Below are positions 26,536 to 37,128 of a DNA stretch of 64,000 bases, piece after piece. A program made the position numbers and the translations under genes. The DNA is from an uncultured Chitinophaga sp. GTDB lineage: Bacteria > Bacteroidota > Bacteroidia > Chitinophagales > LD1. The notes under the pieces were generated by a model. That model made no database searches. It saw only the letters and a program-made list of their open reading frames with translations, and was not told where the DNA came from. Every line of letters starts with the position of its first letter. Within the stretch, counting starts at the first letter, position 1. Location of the stretch: assembly GCA_964631835.1 (NCBI GenBank), contig CAZWAD010000001.1:114216-178215 (forward strand), written 5' to 3'.

Positions 26536-29500
26536 CTAAACCTCCTTTCCGTGACAGTTCTTATACTTCTTGCCGCTACCACAAGGACATGGGTCGTTTC
26601 GACCGATTTTTTCTCCTACCCGGATGGGTTCAGCTTTCTTCTCTATAGGCTGGTGCTGCTGGGGTTGGCCATTACCGGAGTTGCCGCTCATAATCTCACC
26701 TCTGCCCTCCTGAATTTTCTTAGCAAATGATTTTTGCTTTTCTTGCTCGACATTGCGCATAGCCGCAGGTTCGGACTGTGGCACTTGTCCTTTGAACAGG
26801 AATGAAGCGATTTCGCGGTTAACGGTTCCAATCATGCTAGAGAAAAGGTTAAATGCCTCTTTTTTATAAATCACCAAAGGGTCTTTTTGCTCATAGCTTG
26901 CAAGCTGCACTTCCTGTTTCAAATCATCTACTGCGCGCAGGTGGTGCTTCCATGCCTCATCAATCAGCGAAAGCGTAATTGCCTTTTCAAAATATGAAAT
27001 CAAATCTTTGCCCTGGCTTTTGAGGACTTTTTCTAAGTCCACCACGATATTTGCTGCCTTCTTGCCGTCTGTATAAGGAATGGCGACAAATTTTATTGCA
27101 TCGCCCCGGGTTTCAGAAATATTTTTAAGCACCGGCAGAACGGTTTTTGACATATGTTCCGTCTTACGCCTATAAAGTTCTTTAGCTTCAGTAAAAAGTT
27201 TTTCGGTCAATACCTGAACATTTTCTTTTTGCAGTTCATCCGGGGTAATAGAAGTGTCAAGAGAAAAGTAACGGATTACTTCCAGTTTGAAACTTTCGTA
27301 ATCATTACTTCCCTTGGCGTTGTCCGTCAGTTCTTCACACAAATCGTAAAAACTGTTATTAATGTCGAGCGAAAGACGCTCACCGAATAAAGCGTGTTTG
27401 CGTTTTGAATAAATTACTTCACGCTGGCGGTTCATTACGTCATCATATTCAAGCAAGCGTTTTCGTATTCCGAAGTTATTTTCTTCCACTTTCTTCTGGG
27501 CACGCTCGATGGATTTAGAAATCATCGAATGCTGAATTACCTCCCCTTCTTCATAGCCCATGCGGTCCATCACCTTCACAATTCTTTCCGAACCGAAAAG
27601 ACGCATCAATTCATCTTCCATAGAAACGAAAAACTGGGAAGTTCCCGGGTCACCTTGGCGACCTGCCCGGCCACGCAACTGGCGGTCAACTCTTCGCGAG
27701 TCGTGGCGCTCGGAGCCAATAATAGCAAGACCTCCTGCCTGCTTCACATCGTCCTTTATTTTTATGTCTGTTCCCCGTCCCGCCATGTTGGTGGCTATAG
27801 TTACCGTTCCGGCAATACCGGCTTCGGCAACAATCTCCGCTTCGCGCTGATGCTGCTTTGCGTTCAAAACGTTATGCTTGATTTTCCGCATGGTGAGCAT
27901 GCGCGAAAGCAATTCTGAAATTTCCACGGAAGTAGTGCCTACAAGAACCGGTCGTCCGGCTTGAGTCAGCTTTACGGTCTCTTCAATAATCGCATTGAAT
28001 TTTTCTTTTCGCGTTTTATAAACCAAATCTTCCTTGTCATCGCGCACCATTGGCCTGTTGGTAGGTATGGAAGAAACTTCGAGTTTGTATATGTCCCAAA
28101 ACTCCTGAGCCTCCGTTTCAGCAGTACCGGTCATTCCGCATAGTTTATGAAACATGCGGAAATAATTTTGCAGTGTGATGGTTGCCAGTGTTTGTGAAGC
28201 CGACTCCACCTTTACATTTTCTTTCGCTTCAATTGCCTGGTGTAAACCATCGCTGTATCTTCTTCCTTCGAGGATACGACCAGTGTTTTCATCCACAATT
28301 TTTACCTTACCGTCCATCACCACATAGTCAACATCTTTCTCAAAGAGGGTATAGGCTTTCAGCAACTGCTGAACCGAGTGAATACGCTCGCTCTTTTCGC
28401 TGAATTCCTGCATAAGCGCATCCTTTCGCTGAACTTTTTCTTCGGCAGAAACCTCCATGTGTTCGATTTCTGCAACCACATTTCCCATGTCGGGGATAAC
28501 AAAGAAATGTGGGTCTTCGCCTGCCCCGGTAATCAGTTCAATCCCCTTATCGGTAAGTTCTACGCTGTTATTTTTCTCGTCAATATGGAAGTAAAGTTCC
28601 TTGTCAACAATAGGCATGTGTTTTTGTTGCTCACCGAGATAGAAATTTTCGGTTGCCTGCATAATTTGTTTCACGCCTGGTTCACTCAAAAATTTAATTA
28701 ATGCGCTGTTATTGGGCAAGCCCCGATGAGCGCGAAACAAAGCGAGTCCACCTTCGCCCTCTTTCTCCCCGGTTTTCCCTTCTTTTATTAATCGCCTTGC
28801 ATCAATTAAAAACTGGTTGGTGATTTTTTTCTGTACATCATACAGCTTTTGGATGCGCGGTTTCAAATCATAAAACTGCTTTTCATCGCCCGAATCAACT
28901 TGTCCCGAAATGATGAGCGGAGTTCGTGCGTCATCAATCAGAACAGAATCCACTTCATCCACCATTGCGTAATGATGTTTGCGCTGCACCATTTCATTCG
29001 GACTATTCACCATGTTGTCGCGCAGGTAATCGAAACCGAATTCATTATTCGTTCCGTAAGTGATGTCAGCTAAATAAGCATTGCGCCTTGTTTCGCTGTG
29101 GGGCTGATATTTATCAATGCAATCAACTCGCAAACCAAGGAACTGGAACAGCGGACCATTCCATTCACTATCTCTTCGTGCCAGATAATCGTTAACGGTT
29201 ACAATGTGGACACCTTCCCCGGCAAGCGCGTTGAGATAAGCAGGTAAAGTAGCTACCAGCGTTTTCCCCTCACCGGTTGCCATTTCGGAAATCTTCCCTT
29301 CGTGAAGAACGATACCTCCAATAAGCTGAACATCGTAATGAACCATATTCCATTTTACTTCGCTTCCTGCGGCAAGCCAGCTATTGGCATAATGAACTTT
29401 CTCGCCTTCAATTTTTATGTTTTGGAATTTTGCAGCCAGTTCGCGATCTAAATTGGTTGCAATTGCCTCAAGAGATTCATTGTTTGAAAAACGATAAGCA

Positions 29501-29856
29501 GTTTCTTTTACAACTGCAAAAGCTTCAGGTAAAATCTCTTTTAGGATTTCTTCAATTTTCTTGTCGCGGTCCTTGCGCAATTCGTCAATTTTTTTGTAGT
29601 GATCGTCTTTTAGTTGTAGGTCTTCTTCTGCTTCGGCTTTTTCTTTCAGGTCGGCAATTTCCCTATCGATGTCAGTAAGGTGTTCTGAAATTCTCTGACG
29701 GAACTCAACCGTTTTATGCCGAAGTTCATCATTGCTTAAACTTTTCAGTTTTTCATACTCTTGATTTATTTGAGCAACAACCGGCTGCATCTCTTTATAC
29801 TCGCGGTCGCTCTTACTGCCGAAAACAGATTTTACTATGCTATCAAAAAATCCCAT
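26536..29856 (-). CDS. secA: preprotein translocase ATPase SecA
   Basis: MATGEGKTLV Walker A, a DEVDS box, and the C-terminal zinc finger CPCGSGKKYKNCHG. Confidence 0.97.
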   Translation of the reverse strand: MGFFDSIVKSVFGSKSDREYKEMQPVVAQINQEYEKLKSLSNDELRHKTVEFRQRISEHLTDIDREIADLKEKAEAEEDLQLKDDHYKKIDELRKDRDKKIEEILKEILPEAFAVVKETAYRFSNNESLEAIATNLDRELAAKFQNIKIEGEKVHYANSWLAAGSEVKWNMVHYDVQLIGGIVLHEGKISEMATGEGKTLVATLPAYLNALAGEGVHIVTVNDYLARRDSEWNGPLFQFLGLRVDCIDKYQPHSETRRNAYLADITYGTNNEFGFDYLRDNMVNSPNEMVQRKHHYAMVDEVDSVLIDDARTPLIISGQVDSGDEKQFYDLKPRIQKLYDVQKKITNQFLIDARRLIKEGKTGEKEGEGGLALFRAHRGLPNNSALIKFLSEPGVKQIMQATENFYLGEQQKHMPIVDKELYFHIDEKNNSVELTDKGIELITGAGEDPHFFVIPDMGNVVAEIEHMEVSAEEKVQRKDALMQEFSEKSERIHSVQQLLKAYTLFEKDVDYVVMDGKVKIVDENTGRILEGRRYSDGLHQAIEAKENVKVESASQTLATITLQNYFRMFHKLCGMTGTAETEAQEFWDIYKLEVSSIPTNRPMVRDDKEDLVYKTRKEKFNAIIEETVKLTQAGRPVLVGTTSVEISELLSRMLTMRKIKHNVLNAKQHQREAEIVAEAGIAGTVTIATNMAGRGTDIKIKDDVKQAGGLAIIGSERHDSRRVDRQLRGRAGRQGDPGTSQFFVSMEDELMRLFGSERIVKVMDRMGYEEGEVIQHSMISKSIERAQKKVEENNFGIRKRLLEYDDVMNRQREVIYSKRKHALFGERLSLDINNSFYDLCEELTDNAKGSNDYESFKLEVIRYFSLDTSITPDELQKENVQVLTEKLFTEAKELYRRKTEHMSKTVLPVLKNISETRGDAIKFVAIPYTDGKKAANIVVDLEKVLKSQGKDLISYFEKAITLSLIDEAWKHHLRAVDDLKQEVQLASYEQKDPLVIYKKEAFNLFSSMIGTVNREIASFLFKGQVPQSEPAAMRNVEQEKQKSFAKKIQEGRGEIMSGNSGNGQPQQHQPIEKKAEPIRVGEKIGRNDPCPCGSGKKYKNCHGKEV

Positions 29857-30063
29857 GAAGGAAGGTTAATCGTTTGGTTATTGTTTAATCGTGCCGATTG
29901 GCTCTTTATTGTAAAAGGGGTGCTAAGCTAAAAGATTTTAAGTAGTGGGTTCTGTTCAACAATCGGGCAGAAAATTTTTAAAGATTTTTTGGCTGAATGT
30001 GGAGAATATACTGGCGAATGTGTCCGCTGCGATTTTAGATTCGCGCCATTAATTCAGACTGAG

Positions 30064-31338
30064 ATGAAGATACTTTTGTTGGGTTCGGGCGGACGTGAGC
30101 ATGCCTTTGCCTGGAAGCTTTCTCAAAGCCCTTTGTGCGAAATGCTTTTTATTGCTCCCGGTAATGCCGGGACGAGTCAACTCGGAGAAAATGTTGCCAT
30201 TGGGGTAAACGATTTTGAGGCAATTGAAAAATTCGTTCTTGAGAATGCGATTGAAATGGTGATAGTAGGACCTGAAGACCCGCTGGTAAACGGCATCTAT
30301 GATTATTTCCGGTCAAAAGAGCGGCTAAAAGGTATTCCGGTAATTGGTCCATCAAAGCAGGGTGCGCAGTTAGAAGGAAGCAAAGCCTTTGCCAAACAAT
30401 TTATGGTTCGCCATGGAATCCCTACTGCGGCTTACGGAGAGTTTACGATTGAAAACCTGGAAGACGGATTTGATTTTATTGATGAACAAACTCCTCCCAT
30501 TGTTTTAAAAGCTGACGGGCTTGCTGCCGGTAAAGGCGTTTTGATTTTACCGGAACACGGAGAAGCGAAAGAGCGGCTCCGCGAAATGATTGAGCAAAAC
30601 AAGTTTGGAAAGGCAAGTGAGAAAGTTGTAATTGAGCAATTCCTGAGAGGAATTGAGTTTTCGGTTTTTGTTTTAACCGATGGAGAAAATTACAAAATTC
30701 TTCCGCAAGCGAAAGATTACAAACGGATTGGCGAAGGCGACACCGGTTTGAATACCGGAGGCATGGGTTGTATTTCTCCTGTTCCTTTTGTAACTGAGGA
30801 GCTTATGAAGAAAGTGGAAGAGCGTGTCATTGTTCCAACGATTGAAGGGTTAAAGAAAGACGGAATTGTTTATAAGGGCTTTATCTACATTGGCTTTATG
30901 AATGTTGGCGGAGAACCTTATGTAATTGAATACAACTGCCGGATGGGCGACCCCGAAACAGAAATAGTTTTACCGAGAATAGAAAGCGATTTAGTTGAAT
31001 TGCTTGTTGCTGTTGGAAATGGAACCTTAAAAGAAAAACAAATTGAAATTGATGAGCGGGCTGCTGCCACGGTTATTGTTGCATCAGGTGGTTATCCGGA
31101 AGATTATGAAAAGGGAAGAGAGATAACAGGTCTTGATTCGGTTACCGAATCAATAGTATTTCATGCCGGAACAAAGGAAGAAGAAGAAAAAATTCTTACC
31201 AATGGAGGGCGGGTTCTTGCTGTAACTTCCTTCGGAAAAGATATTCATGAGGCAGTCACAAAATCAAATGCTGCTATTGCGAAAATAAATTTTGAAGGGA
31301 AATATTACCGGACGGATATTGGTTATGAGTTTCGATAA
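30064..31338 (+). CDS. purD: phosphoribosylamine-glycine ligase
   Basis: Start moved to MKILLLGSGGREHA at 30064. ATP-grasp body. Confidence 0.95.
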   Translation: MKILLLGSGGREHAFAWKLSQSPLCEMLFIAPGNAGTSQLGENVAIGVNDFEAIEKFVLENAIEMVIVGPEDPLVNGIYDYFRSKERLKGIPVIGPSKQGAQLEGSKAFAKQFMVRHGIPTAAYGEFTIENLEDGFDFIDEQTPPIVLKADGLAAGKGVLILPEHGEAKERLREMIEQNKFGKASEKVVIEQFLRGIEFSVFVLTDGENYKILPQAKDYKRIGEGDTGLNTGGMGCISPVPFVTEELMKKVEERVIVPTIEGLKKDGIVYKGFIYIGFMNVGGEPYVIEYNCRMGDPETEIVLPRIESDLVELLVAVGNGTLKEKQIEIDERAAATVIVASGGYPEDYEKGREITGLDSVTESIVFHAGTKEEEEKILTNGGRVLAVTSFGKDIHEAVTKSNAAIAKINFEGKYYRTDIGYEFR

Positions 31339-31340
31339 CT

Positions 31341-31375
31341 AAAAAAGGCTCTTGAAAATCAAGAGCCTTTTTTAT
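31341..31375. terminator. bidirectional intrinsic terminator
   Basis: AAAAAAGGCTCTTGA-AAA-TCAAGAGCCTTTTTT is a perfect stem with A and T runs on either side. It lies between convergent genes. Confidence 0.8.
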
Positions 31376-31390
31376 TTGAATAAGCAGCAA

Positions 31391-32191
31391 TTATTCTATA
31401 GAAACATTTTTCGAAGCAAAGCCTTCTGTAGTTCTCAACTGCACGGTGTAAATACCTCTTGAATAACCACTCAGGTCAATCACTGAATTGTATAAACCGA
31501 TTACATCTAAATTCTGAGCAAAAACCTTTCTGCCTGTTGCATCCACTACAACAATTTCACCATTTACACGGCTTCCGGCATTCAGCTTTACGTTAACCAC
31601 TCCGTTTGAAGGATTGGGGTAAACGAAGAAAGCTGAATTCAGAGCAGAACTGAAATCGTTGATACCTGTTGCATGGCAAACCTCGCCCTGATTGATTACA
31701 TCGAGATAGTAATCGCCAAAGGGGGAAAACTGGTTAAGCTGACCATTGTAAACATAAGGAGTGTCAATGGGTCCTATAATAGGAATTGTCGCCTGGGCGC
31801 GTGTCCATGCGGTTCCCCATGCGGTAATATAATAGCGACCTGTTGGGTCATTCGTGGTTCCCTGAAATCTTACGCAACCATTTCCTCCTCCGGGTACCAC
31901 GTCAGGAGTTCTTGAAAACATAATTCCATTTGGCAAACCGGTTACTGAATCAATACGGACAGAGTCAACCTGAAAGTGAGCCTGAAATCCGAAGATGCTG
32001 GTGTCAACAGCCGATTGAATTTGTCCTTGTACCGTTTGGTCGAAGCTTTGGCCAACAATTACGCAGGGCAAATTAGCAGCAGTAGGATTACAACCAGGTG
32101 TTGTTTGTGCTGCCGGGTTAACTACACACTGAGCATTACCAATGCCCGCCACCAGCACCAGCAAAGCTAGAAGAGAGTAAAACTTTTTCAT
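31391..32191 (-). CDS. secreted protein with T9SS C-terminal sorting domain
   Basis: Signal peptide and C-terminal VYPNPSNGVVNVKL...GIYTVQL. Confidence 0.75.
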   Translation of the reverse strand: MKKFYSLLALLVLVAGIGNAQCVVNPAAQTTPGCNPTAANLPCVIVGQSFDQTVQGQIQSAVDTSIFGFQAHFQVDSVRIDSVTGLPNGIMFSRTPDVVPGGGNGCVRFQGTTNDPTGRYYITAWGTAWTRAQATIPIIGPIDTPYVYNGQLNQFSPFGDYYLDVINQGEVCHATGINDFSSALNSAFFVYPNPSNGVVNVKLNAGSRVNGEIVVVDATGRKVFAQNLDVIGLYNSVIDLSGYSRGIYTVQLRTTEGFASKNVSIE

Positions 32192-32269
32192 TTTTGATTT
32201 TTATTGTTTAGTTATAAAATAATTTTGAACCGTAAAAATAGGTTTTTATCATTCAAAACAAAATGATTT

Positions 32270-33076
32270 CTATTCGATGGAAACCAGTTTTGACGTAAAG
32301 CCGTTTGGTGTTTTTAGCTGTATAGTATAAAGCCCTTTCGATACTCTGTCCAGATTTATGAAGGAGGTAGGAGATTCCTGACCCATGAGTTGTGAGTATA
32401 TCGCCCGTCCGGTTAAGTCTGAAATTTCTATTTCTGACGGCATTCTATTTTTTGATTCTATTGTTAACCGAAATGAGCCATTATTCGGGTTGGGGCAAAC
32501 ACTAATTTCATTGCCTGAAATTTGAAAGTCGCTTATGTCTGAAAAAGGGCGGCAAGCTGCGCCCTGTTCAATGACATCTACATACATATCGAACATGCCT
32601 TGGGATAAATTCTGAAGAGTTGCCATATCAAGGGTGGTATCACCATCAAAAAATGGCGGGAACGGCATTCCGTGCGCGGTGAAAGTTCCGTTAAAGGTAA
32701 CGGGGTAGCGGCCTGACGGGTCGCTTGTGGTTCCGTAAACCAGAGCACAACCTCTTTCACCGCCATACAACACTCCGTTTGCCGGGTTAGGAGAGTAGGC
32801 GATGCCATTAGGCAAACCATTCACACCGGTAATTACTACTGAATCAACAGTTAAGATAAAGGGAAAGGGGGCGCCAAAATCCTGAAGGTTTATGGTTTGC
32901 GGTACTGCGATTTGAATGACCTCGCCATAAGCAACATTTCGCTCAATGCAAGGCAGGCTATCCGGAGCCGGATAAAAGAAACGTGTATTTGCTGAGTCAA
33001 TAACACATCCTCCGCCTGCAAAAATCAGATGAATGAAGGCAAGATAAAAAACAAAGAAAGAGCACAATTTTTTCAT
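32270..33076 (-). CDS. secreted protein with T9SS C-terminal sorting domain, paralogue of 31391..32191
   Basis: Shared core VDSV.I..V.GLPNGI......G..GC....GTT.DP.GRY, plus C-terminal CPNPNNGSFRLTI...GLYTIQL. Confidence 0.75.
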   Translation of the reverse strand: MKKLCSFFVFYLAFIHLIFAGGGCVIDSANTRFFYPAPDSLPCIERNVAYGEVIQIAVPQTINLQDFGAPFPFILTVDSVVITGVNGLPNGIAYSPNPANGVLYGGERGCALVYGTTSDPSGRYPVTFNGTFTAHGMPFPPFFDGDTTLDMATLQNLSQGMFDMYVDVIEQGAACRPFSDISDFQISGNEISVCPNPNNGSFRLTIESKNRMPSEIEISDLTGRAIYSQLMGQESPTSFINLDRVSKGLYTIQLKTPNGFTSKLVSIE

Positions 33077-33145
33077 GTATCAATTTTAAAGGCGGTGAAT
33101 ATAAAAAGTGAAAGATAAAAACTAAGTCTGAGAGGATGTAATTAT

Positions 33146-34027
33146 TTATTTTCTTATGTTTTCTACCGTAAATCCTTTTTCGCGAAGCAGCGCAACAATG
33201 CCTTCGTTACCCGGCAAGTGCAGTGCGCCTACGGCAATAAAAGTTGATTGCTCATGCGTAAACTCTGCAATGCGGTTAGCCATTCGTTTGTTACGCTCGG
33301 TAACAATGGCTTTGTAAAACTTTTCGGGCATTTGTGAGGTAATTTCATTGGCCACCAGGCTATCTAAGTTTTGCTCGAGGTAAAAGCGCAAAACATCAAG
33401 CCCTGCGTTTTTATCTTCCTCCAGCGAGCGGATTTCCTGCACCAGCAAATCAGCCTGCTCCTGGTAAGTAAGCACATTCAGCGCATCTATCTGCTCGTCA
33501 GTCTTTTCAATACCTATTATTTTTTTCTTTTTTCCTTTTCCGGGAGGGTTTTTGGCGAGCTTGTAAAAGTAGAGGTCGAGTATTTCTTTGTTGCCTTCAA
33601 TTGATGAGTCGCTCAGATTCATTTCGCCCATTTCCAAAATCATCATAGTAAAAACCGGTGATACATTGTCGAAAAGCTTTACTGAAAAGCCTGTCTGTTT
33701 CTTCACTACCGAGTCGAGAAAATGATATTCTCTTTCCGGAATCATTTTTTTGAGGCTATACTCTTTCCCCATTAGCAGTTTCGGAATCAACCCGAGGTTG
33801 AAAGCTTCTTTGGGGTCAAGCTCCATGGCGTATGCTTTTGCCGAATTGAAAAACGGCATTACACTATCACTAAATGCAAACACCCGCGCGTCTTTGGTAT
33901 GCATGGTGCCATATAGGAATGACGGCTGTTCCAAGCCGTTACCTGAAATTTTCCAAAGGAGTGAGTTATATTGTGCTCCGCTTATCAGGAAACTGAACGA
34001 AGCAAGAAGGCTAAACAAATGTTTCAT
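33146..34027 (-). CDS. TraB/GumN family protein
   Basis: Start moved to MKHLFSLL at 34027. LLWKISGNGL..PSFLYGTMH motif and C-terminal VGALHLPG. Confidence 0.75.
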   Translation of the reverse strand: MKHLFSLLASFSFLISGAQYNSLLWKISGNGLEQPSFLYGTMHTKDARVFAFSDSVMPFFNSAKAYAMELDPKEAFNLGLIPKLLMGKEYSLKKMIPEREYHFLDSVVKKQTGFSVKLFDNVSPVFTMMILEMGEMNLSDSSIEGNKEILDLYFYKLAKNPPGKGKKKKIIGIEKTDEQIDALNVLTYQEQADLLVQEIRSLEEDKNAGLDVLRFYLEQNLDSLVANEITSQMPEKFYKAIVTERNKRMANRIAEFTHEQSTFIAVGALHLPGNEGIVALLREKGFTVENIRK

Positions 34028-34049
34028 CGTGCGAATAAAATCAAAGTAA

Positions 34050-34622
34050 GTGATAGTCATTGACGACAAAACCATAAGCGATGATGTGGTAGAAGAGCAA
34101 TTCGTATGCGACCTCAACGCCTGCAAGGGCGCTTGCTGCACCGAGGGCGATTATGGAGCACCGCTCGATGCCAGCGAGTTACCGGTTCTTGATTCTATTT
34201 TCGAAAAAGTAAAACCATACCTGACCGAAGAAGGAATCCGCACCATTGAAAAGCAAGGTAAGTATGTTTTTGAACCCGAAAATCAAGCCTGGTGTACTCC
34301 TTTAATCCATGGCGATAAAGGCTGCGCCTGGCTCAATTATGACGAAAAGGGAATTGCCATTTGCGGAATAGAAAAAGCATTTAATGATGGAGTGATCGAT
34401 TTCCGCAAGCCCATTTCATGCCATCTCTATCCCATCCGGATAACAAAGTATCAGGGTTTCGATGCGGTGAACTACGAGCGCTGGCATGTTTGCAATGCCG
34501 CATGTAAAAACGGTAAAGCGCTGAAAGTTCCGGTTTTTAAGTTTTTGAAAGAAGCGCTGATAAGAAAATACGGACAGGAGTTTTATAAAGTGCTGGAGCT
34601 ATATACAGAGAAAAAGAAATAA
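34050..34622 (+). CDS. conserved Cys-rich protein (DUF3109-like)
   Basis: CKGACC and other conserved Cys clusters. The family assignment is from memory. Confidence 0.6.
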   Translation: MIVIDDKTISDDVVEEQFVCDLNACKGACCTEGDYGAPLDASELPVLDSIFEKVKPYLTEEGIRTIEKQGKYVFEPENQAWCTPLIHGDKGCAWLNYDEKGIAICGIEKAFNDGVIDFRKPISCHLYPIRITKYQGFDAVNYERWHVCNAACKNGKALKVPVFKFLKEALIRKYGQEFYKVLELYTEKKK

Positions 34623-34714
34623 TTGTCCTTTCGTCTATTCAAAAACTTCCTTTCTGTTATAATGATTTTGCCCACTTAGCGTTTATGTTCTAAACAGCAG
34701 CATAAATTTGTTTC

Positions 34715-36988
34715 GTGGCAAAGTCTAAATCGCGGATTGCGTGGTTTTTCAATTACAATCCGAAAAAATTCTGGGATGTTTTCAAGCGCATTCAAATTCT
34801 TCTTTGGTCGTTTATCGCGTTTGTAATTGTGTTTTTTATAGGCGTAAACTATGGGCTGCTGGGCGAAATGCCCGACCTCGAAGCTATTCAAAACCCGAAC
34901 AGCGCTGTTTCTACAACTATTTATTCTGCCGATTATGAAGTGCTCGGCTCTTACTTTACCGAAAACCGGATTGAGGTTTCGTACAGCGAGCTTTCACCGT
35001 ACTTAGTAAAAGCGCTTATCGCTACCGAGGACAAACGGTTTTACGAGCACTCCGGAATTGATTTAATTGGACTGTTCCGTGCCATTGCTTTTGCCTTTGT
35101 TCCGGGTTTGGAAGGCGGTGGAGGCTCAACGCTTACACAGCAGCTGGCAAAAAATCTTTTTCACCGCGATTTTGAAAATGCCGGGCTGAGGCGAAGGCTT
35201 GGTCAAAAATTAAAAGAGTGGGTGCTTGCCGCCAAACTGGAGCGCACTTTCACTAAGGACGAACTGATAGCCCTGTATCTTAACACGGTCGAGTTCAGCT
35301 CCATGTCGTATGGAATAAAGACGGCTTCGTTTACGTATTTTTACAAAACCCCCGACAAACTTAAGCCGGAAGAAGCAGCACTGCTCGCGGGCATTGTCAA
35401 TGCCCCATCTCGGTTAAATCCCAAGCGGCATCCCGAGCGAGCTATAGAACGCAGAAACCTCGTGCTCGACAGAATGGCTGAAGCCAACGCTTTGACGCGG
35501 GCTCAAGCCGATTCACTTAAAGAAAAACCCATCAAGCTTAATTTTCATAATCCCGATTACCGCGAGGGCAATGCCACTTACATCCGCGAATACATACGCC
35601 AGGAACTGAAAGCCTGGTGCGAAAAAAATCCGAAACCCGGTGGAGGTAAATGGAATATTTATGAAGACGGTTTGAAAGTTTTCACCACCATTGATTCGCG
35701 GATGCAAAAACATGCGGAAGCCGCCATTGCACAGCACCTTACCTTTTTGCAGAATGTTTATTTCAAAGAATGGAAAGGAAAAGATTCGTGGAAGACCGGT
35801 TATCGCGCTAAGCCGGATTTGCTCGATAAAATGATGAAGCAAACCGACCGGTATATCCATATGAAAGCCGCGGGAAAGTCGGAAGCGGAAATCAAAAGAG
35901 TTTTCAATACAAAAGTTGAAATGACAATCTTCAGCTGGAATGCAGATACCACTGGCTATGGCATTGATACTTTTATGACTCCGCTCGACTCGCTCCGGTA
36001 TTATCTGCAAATAATTCAGGTGGGGTTTCTGGCCATGGACGCCAAGACCGGTGAGGTGAAAGCCTGGGTGGGTGGACCTAATATCAGGTACTTTCAGCTT
36101 GACCATGTAAAGAAATCTACCAGGCGCCAGACCGGTTCAACCATGAAACCGTTTTTGTATGCCATGGCTCTGGAGCGAAATTACGAGCCCTGCACGCTCA
36201 TCCCGTACCTGCCTCCCGAATGTGGCGGTATTGATGCGAGCTGGAACCCCGAAGCGACCGGTAAATGGCAGGAAGGCGAGATGGTTCCCATGAAGGACGG
36301 GCTGGCGGCATCCGACAACCGGATTACCGCACGCATCATGTGCGACATTGGCGACCCGAACCTGCTCGTTGATTTCATCAGGCGCTGCCAGGTGGAAAGT
36401 GACTTAGAGGCTGTTCCCTCATTGGCGTTGGGCACCTGCGATGTTTCGCTTTTTGAAATGGCGGGCGCTTATACCTGTTTTGCTAATCTGGGTACTTACA
36501 GCAAGCCGTATTTCATTAAGCGCATTGAAGATAAAGACGGCAATGTGCTTGCTCAGTTCGGAAGCGTGCAAAAAGAAGCCATTGCTGAAAAAACCGCTTA
36601 CGTCACCACCGAAATGCTCAAGGGCGTTATCAATAAAGGAACAGCAGCGGGTATTCGTTCGCGCTATGGGTTGCAAATGCCGCTTGCCGGTAAAACCGGT
36701 ACCACGCAGGGCAATGCCGATGCCTGGTTTATGGGCTATACGCCCGACCTGGTAGTGGGCGCATGGGTGGGTTTTGAGCAGCCGAGCGTTCACTTTGCTT
36801 CGAACAAGACCGGTGCCGGTGCAACAGCCGCCATGCCCATTGTAGGAAATTTTATGCGCAGAAGTTTCACCGACCGTTCGCTGCGGTTAAAAACCGAGGA
36901 GTTTTCTTTGCCCGCGGATTCTTCTTCGGCTGCATCGGTCAATTGGGATTGCGCAGCCGTTTCCGACACGGTAAAAAAAAAGCCGTGA
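34715..36988 (+). CDS. mrcA: penicillin-binding protein 1A (glycosyltransferase + transpeptidase)
   Basis: GT51 motifs EDKRFYEHSGID and GGSTLTQQ. Transpeptidase motifs STMKP and KTGTT. Confidence 0.92.
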   Translation: MAKSKSRIAWFFNYNPKKFWDVFKRIQILLWSFIAFVIVFFIGVNYGLLGEMPDLEAIQNPNSAVSTTIYSADYEVLGSYFTENRIEVSYSELSPYLVKALIATEDKRFYEHSGIDLIGLFRAIAFAFVPGLEGGGGSTLTQQLAKNLFHRDFENAGLRRRLGQKLKEWVLAAKLERTFTKDELIALYLNTVEFSSMSYGIKTASFTYFYKTPDKLKPEEAALLAGIVNAPSRLNPKRHPERAIERRNLVLDRMAEANALTRAQADSLKEKPIKLNFHNPDYREGNATYIREYIRQELKAWCEKNPKPGGGKWNIYEDGLKVFTTIDSRMQKHAEAAIAQHLTFLQNVYFKEWKGKDSWKTGYRAKPDLLDKMMKQTDRYIHMKAAGKSEAEIKRVFNTKVEMTIFSWNADTTGYGIDTFMTPLDSLRYYLQIIQVGFLAMDAKTGEVKAWVGGPNIRYFQLDHVKKSTRRQTGSTMKPFLYAMALERNYEPCTLIPYLPPECGGIDASWNPEATGKWQEGEMVPMKDGLAASDNRITARIMCDIGDPNLLVDFIRRCQVESDLEAVPSLALGTCDVSLFEMAGAYTCFANLGTYSKPYFIKRIEDKDGNVLAQFGSVQKEAIAEKTAYVTTEMLKGVINKGTAAGIRSRYGLQMPLAGKTGTTQGNADAWFMGYTPDLVVGAWVGFEQPSVHFASNKTGAGATAAMPIVGNFMRRSFTDRSLRLKTEEFSLPADSSSAASVNWDCAAVSDTVKKKP

Positions 36989-37128
36989 CGGTAATTAAGG
37001 AAATACTGGAAGATGTGTTTAGGCCTAAATCGCCTGAAGTAAAGTCGCGGAAGGAGAAGAGAAAATGGGAAAAGGAGCAGAGGAAAGCAGCAAAAAGAAA
37101 ACAAAACTAAATTACCATTCTCCGAACA

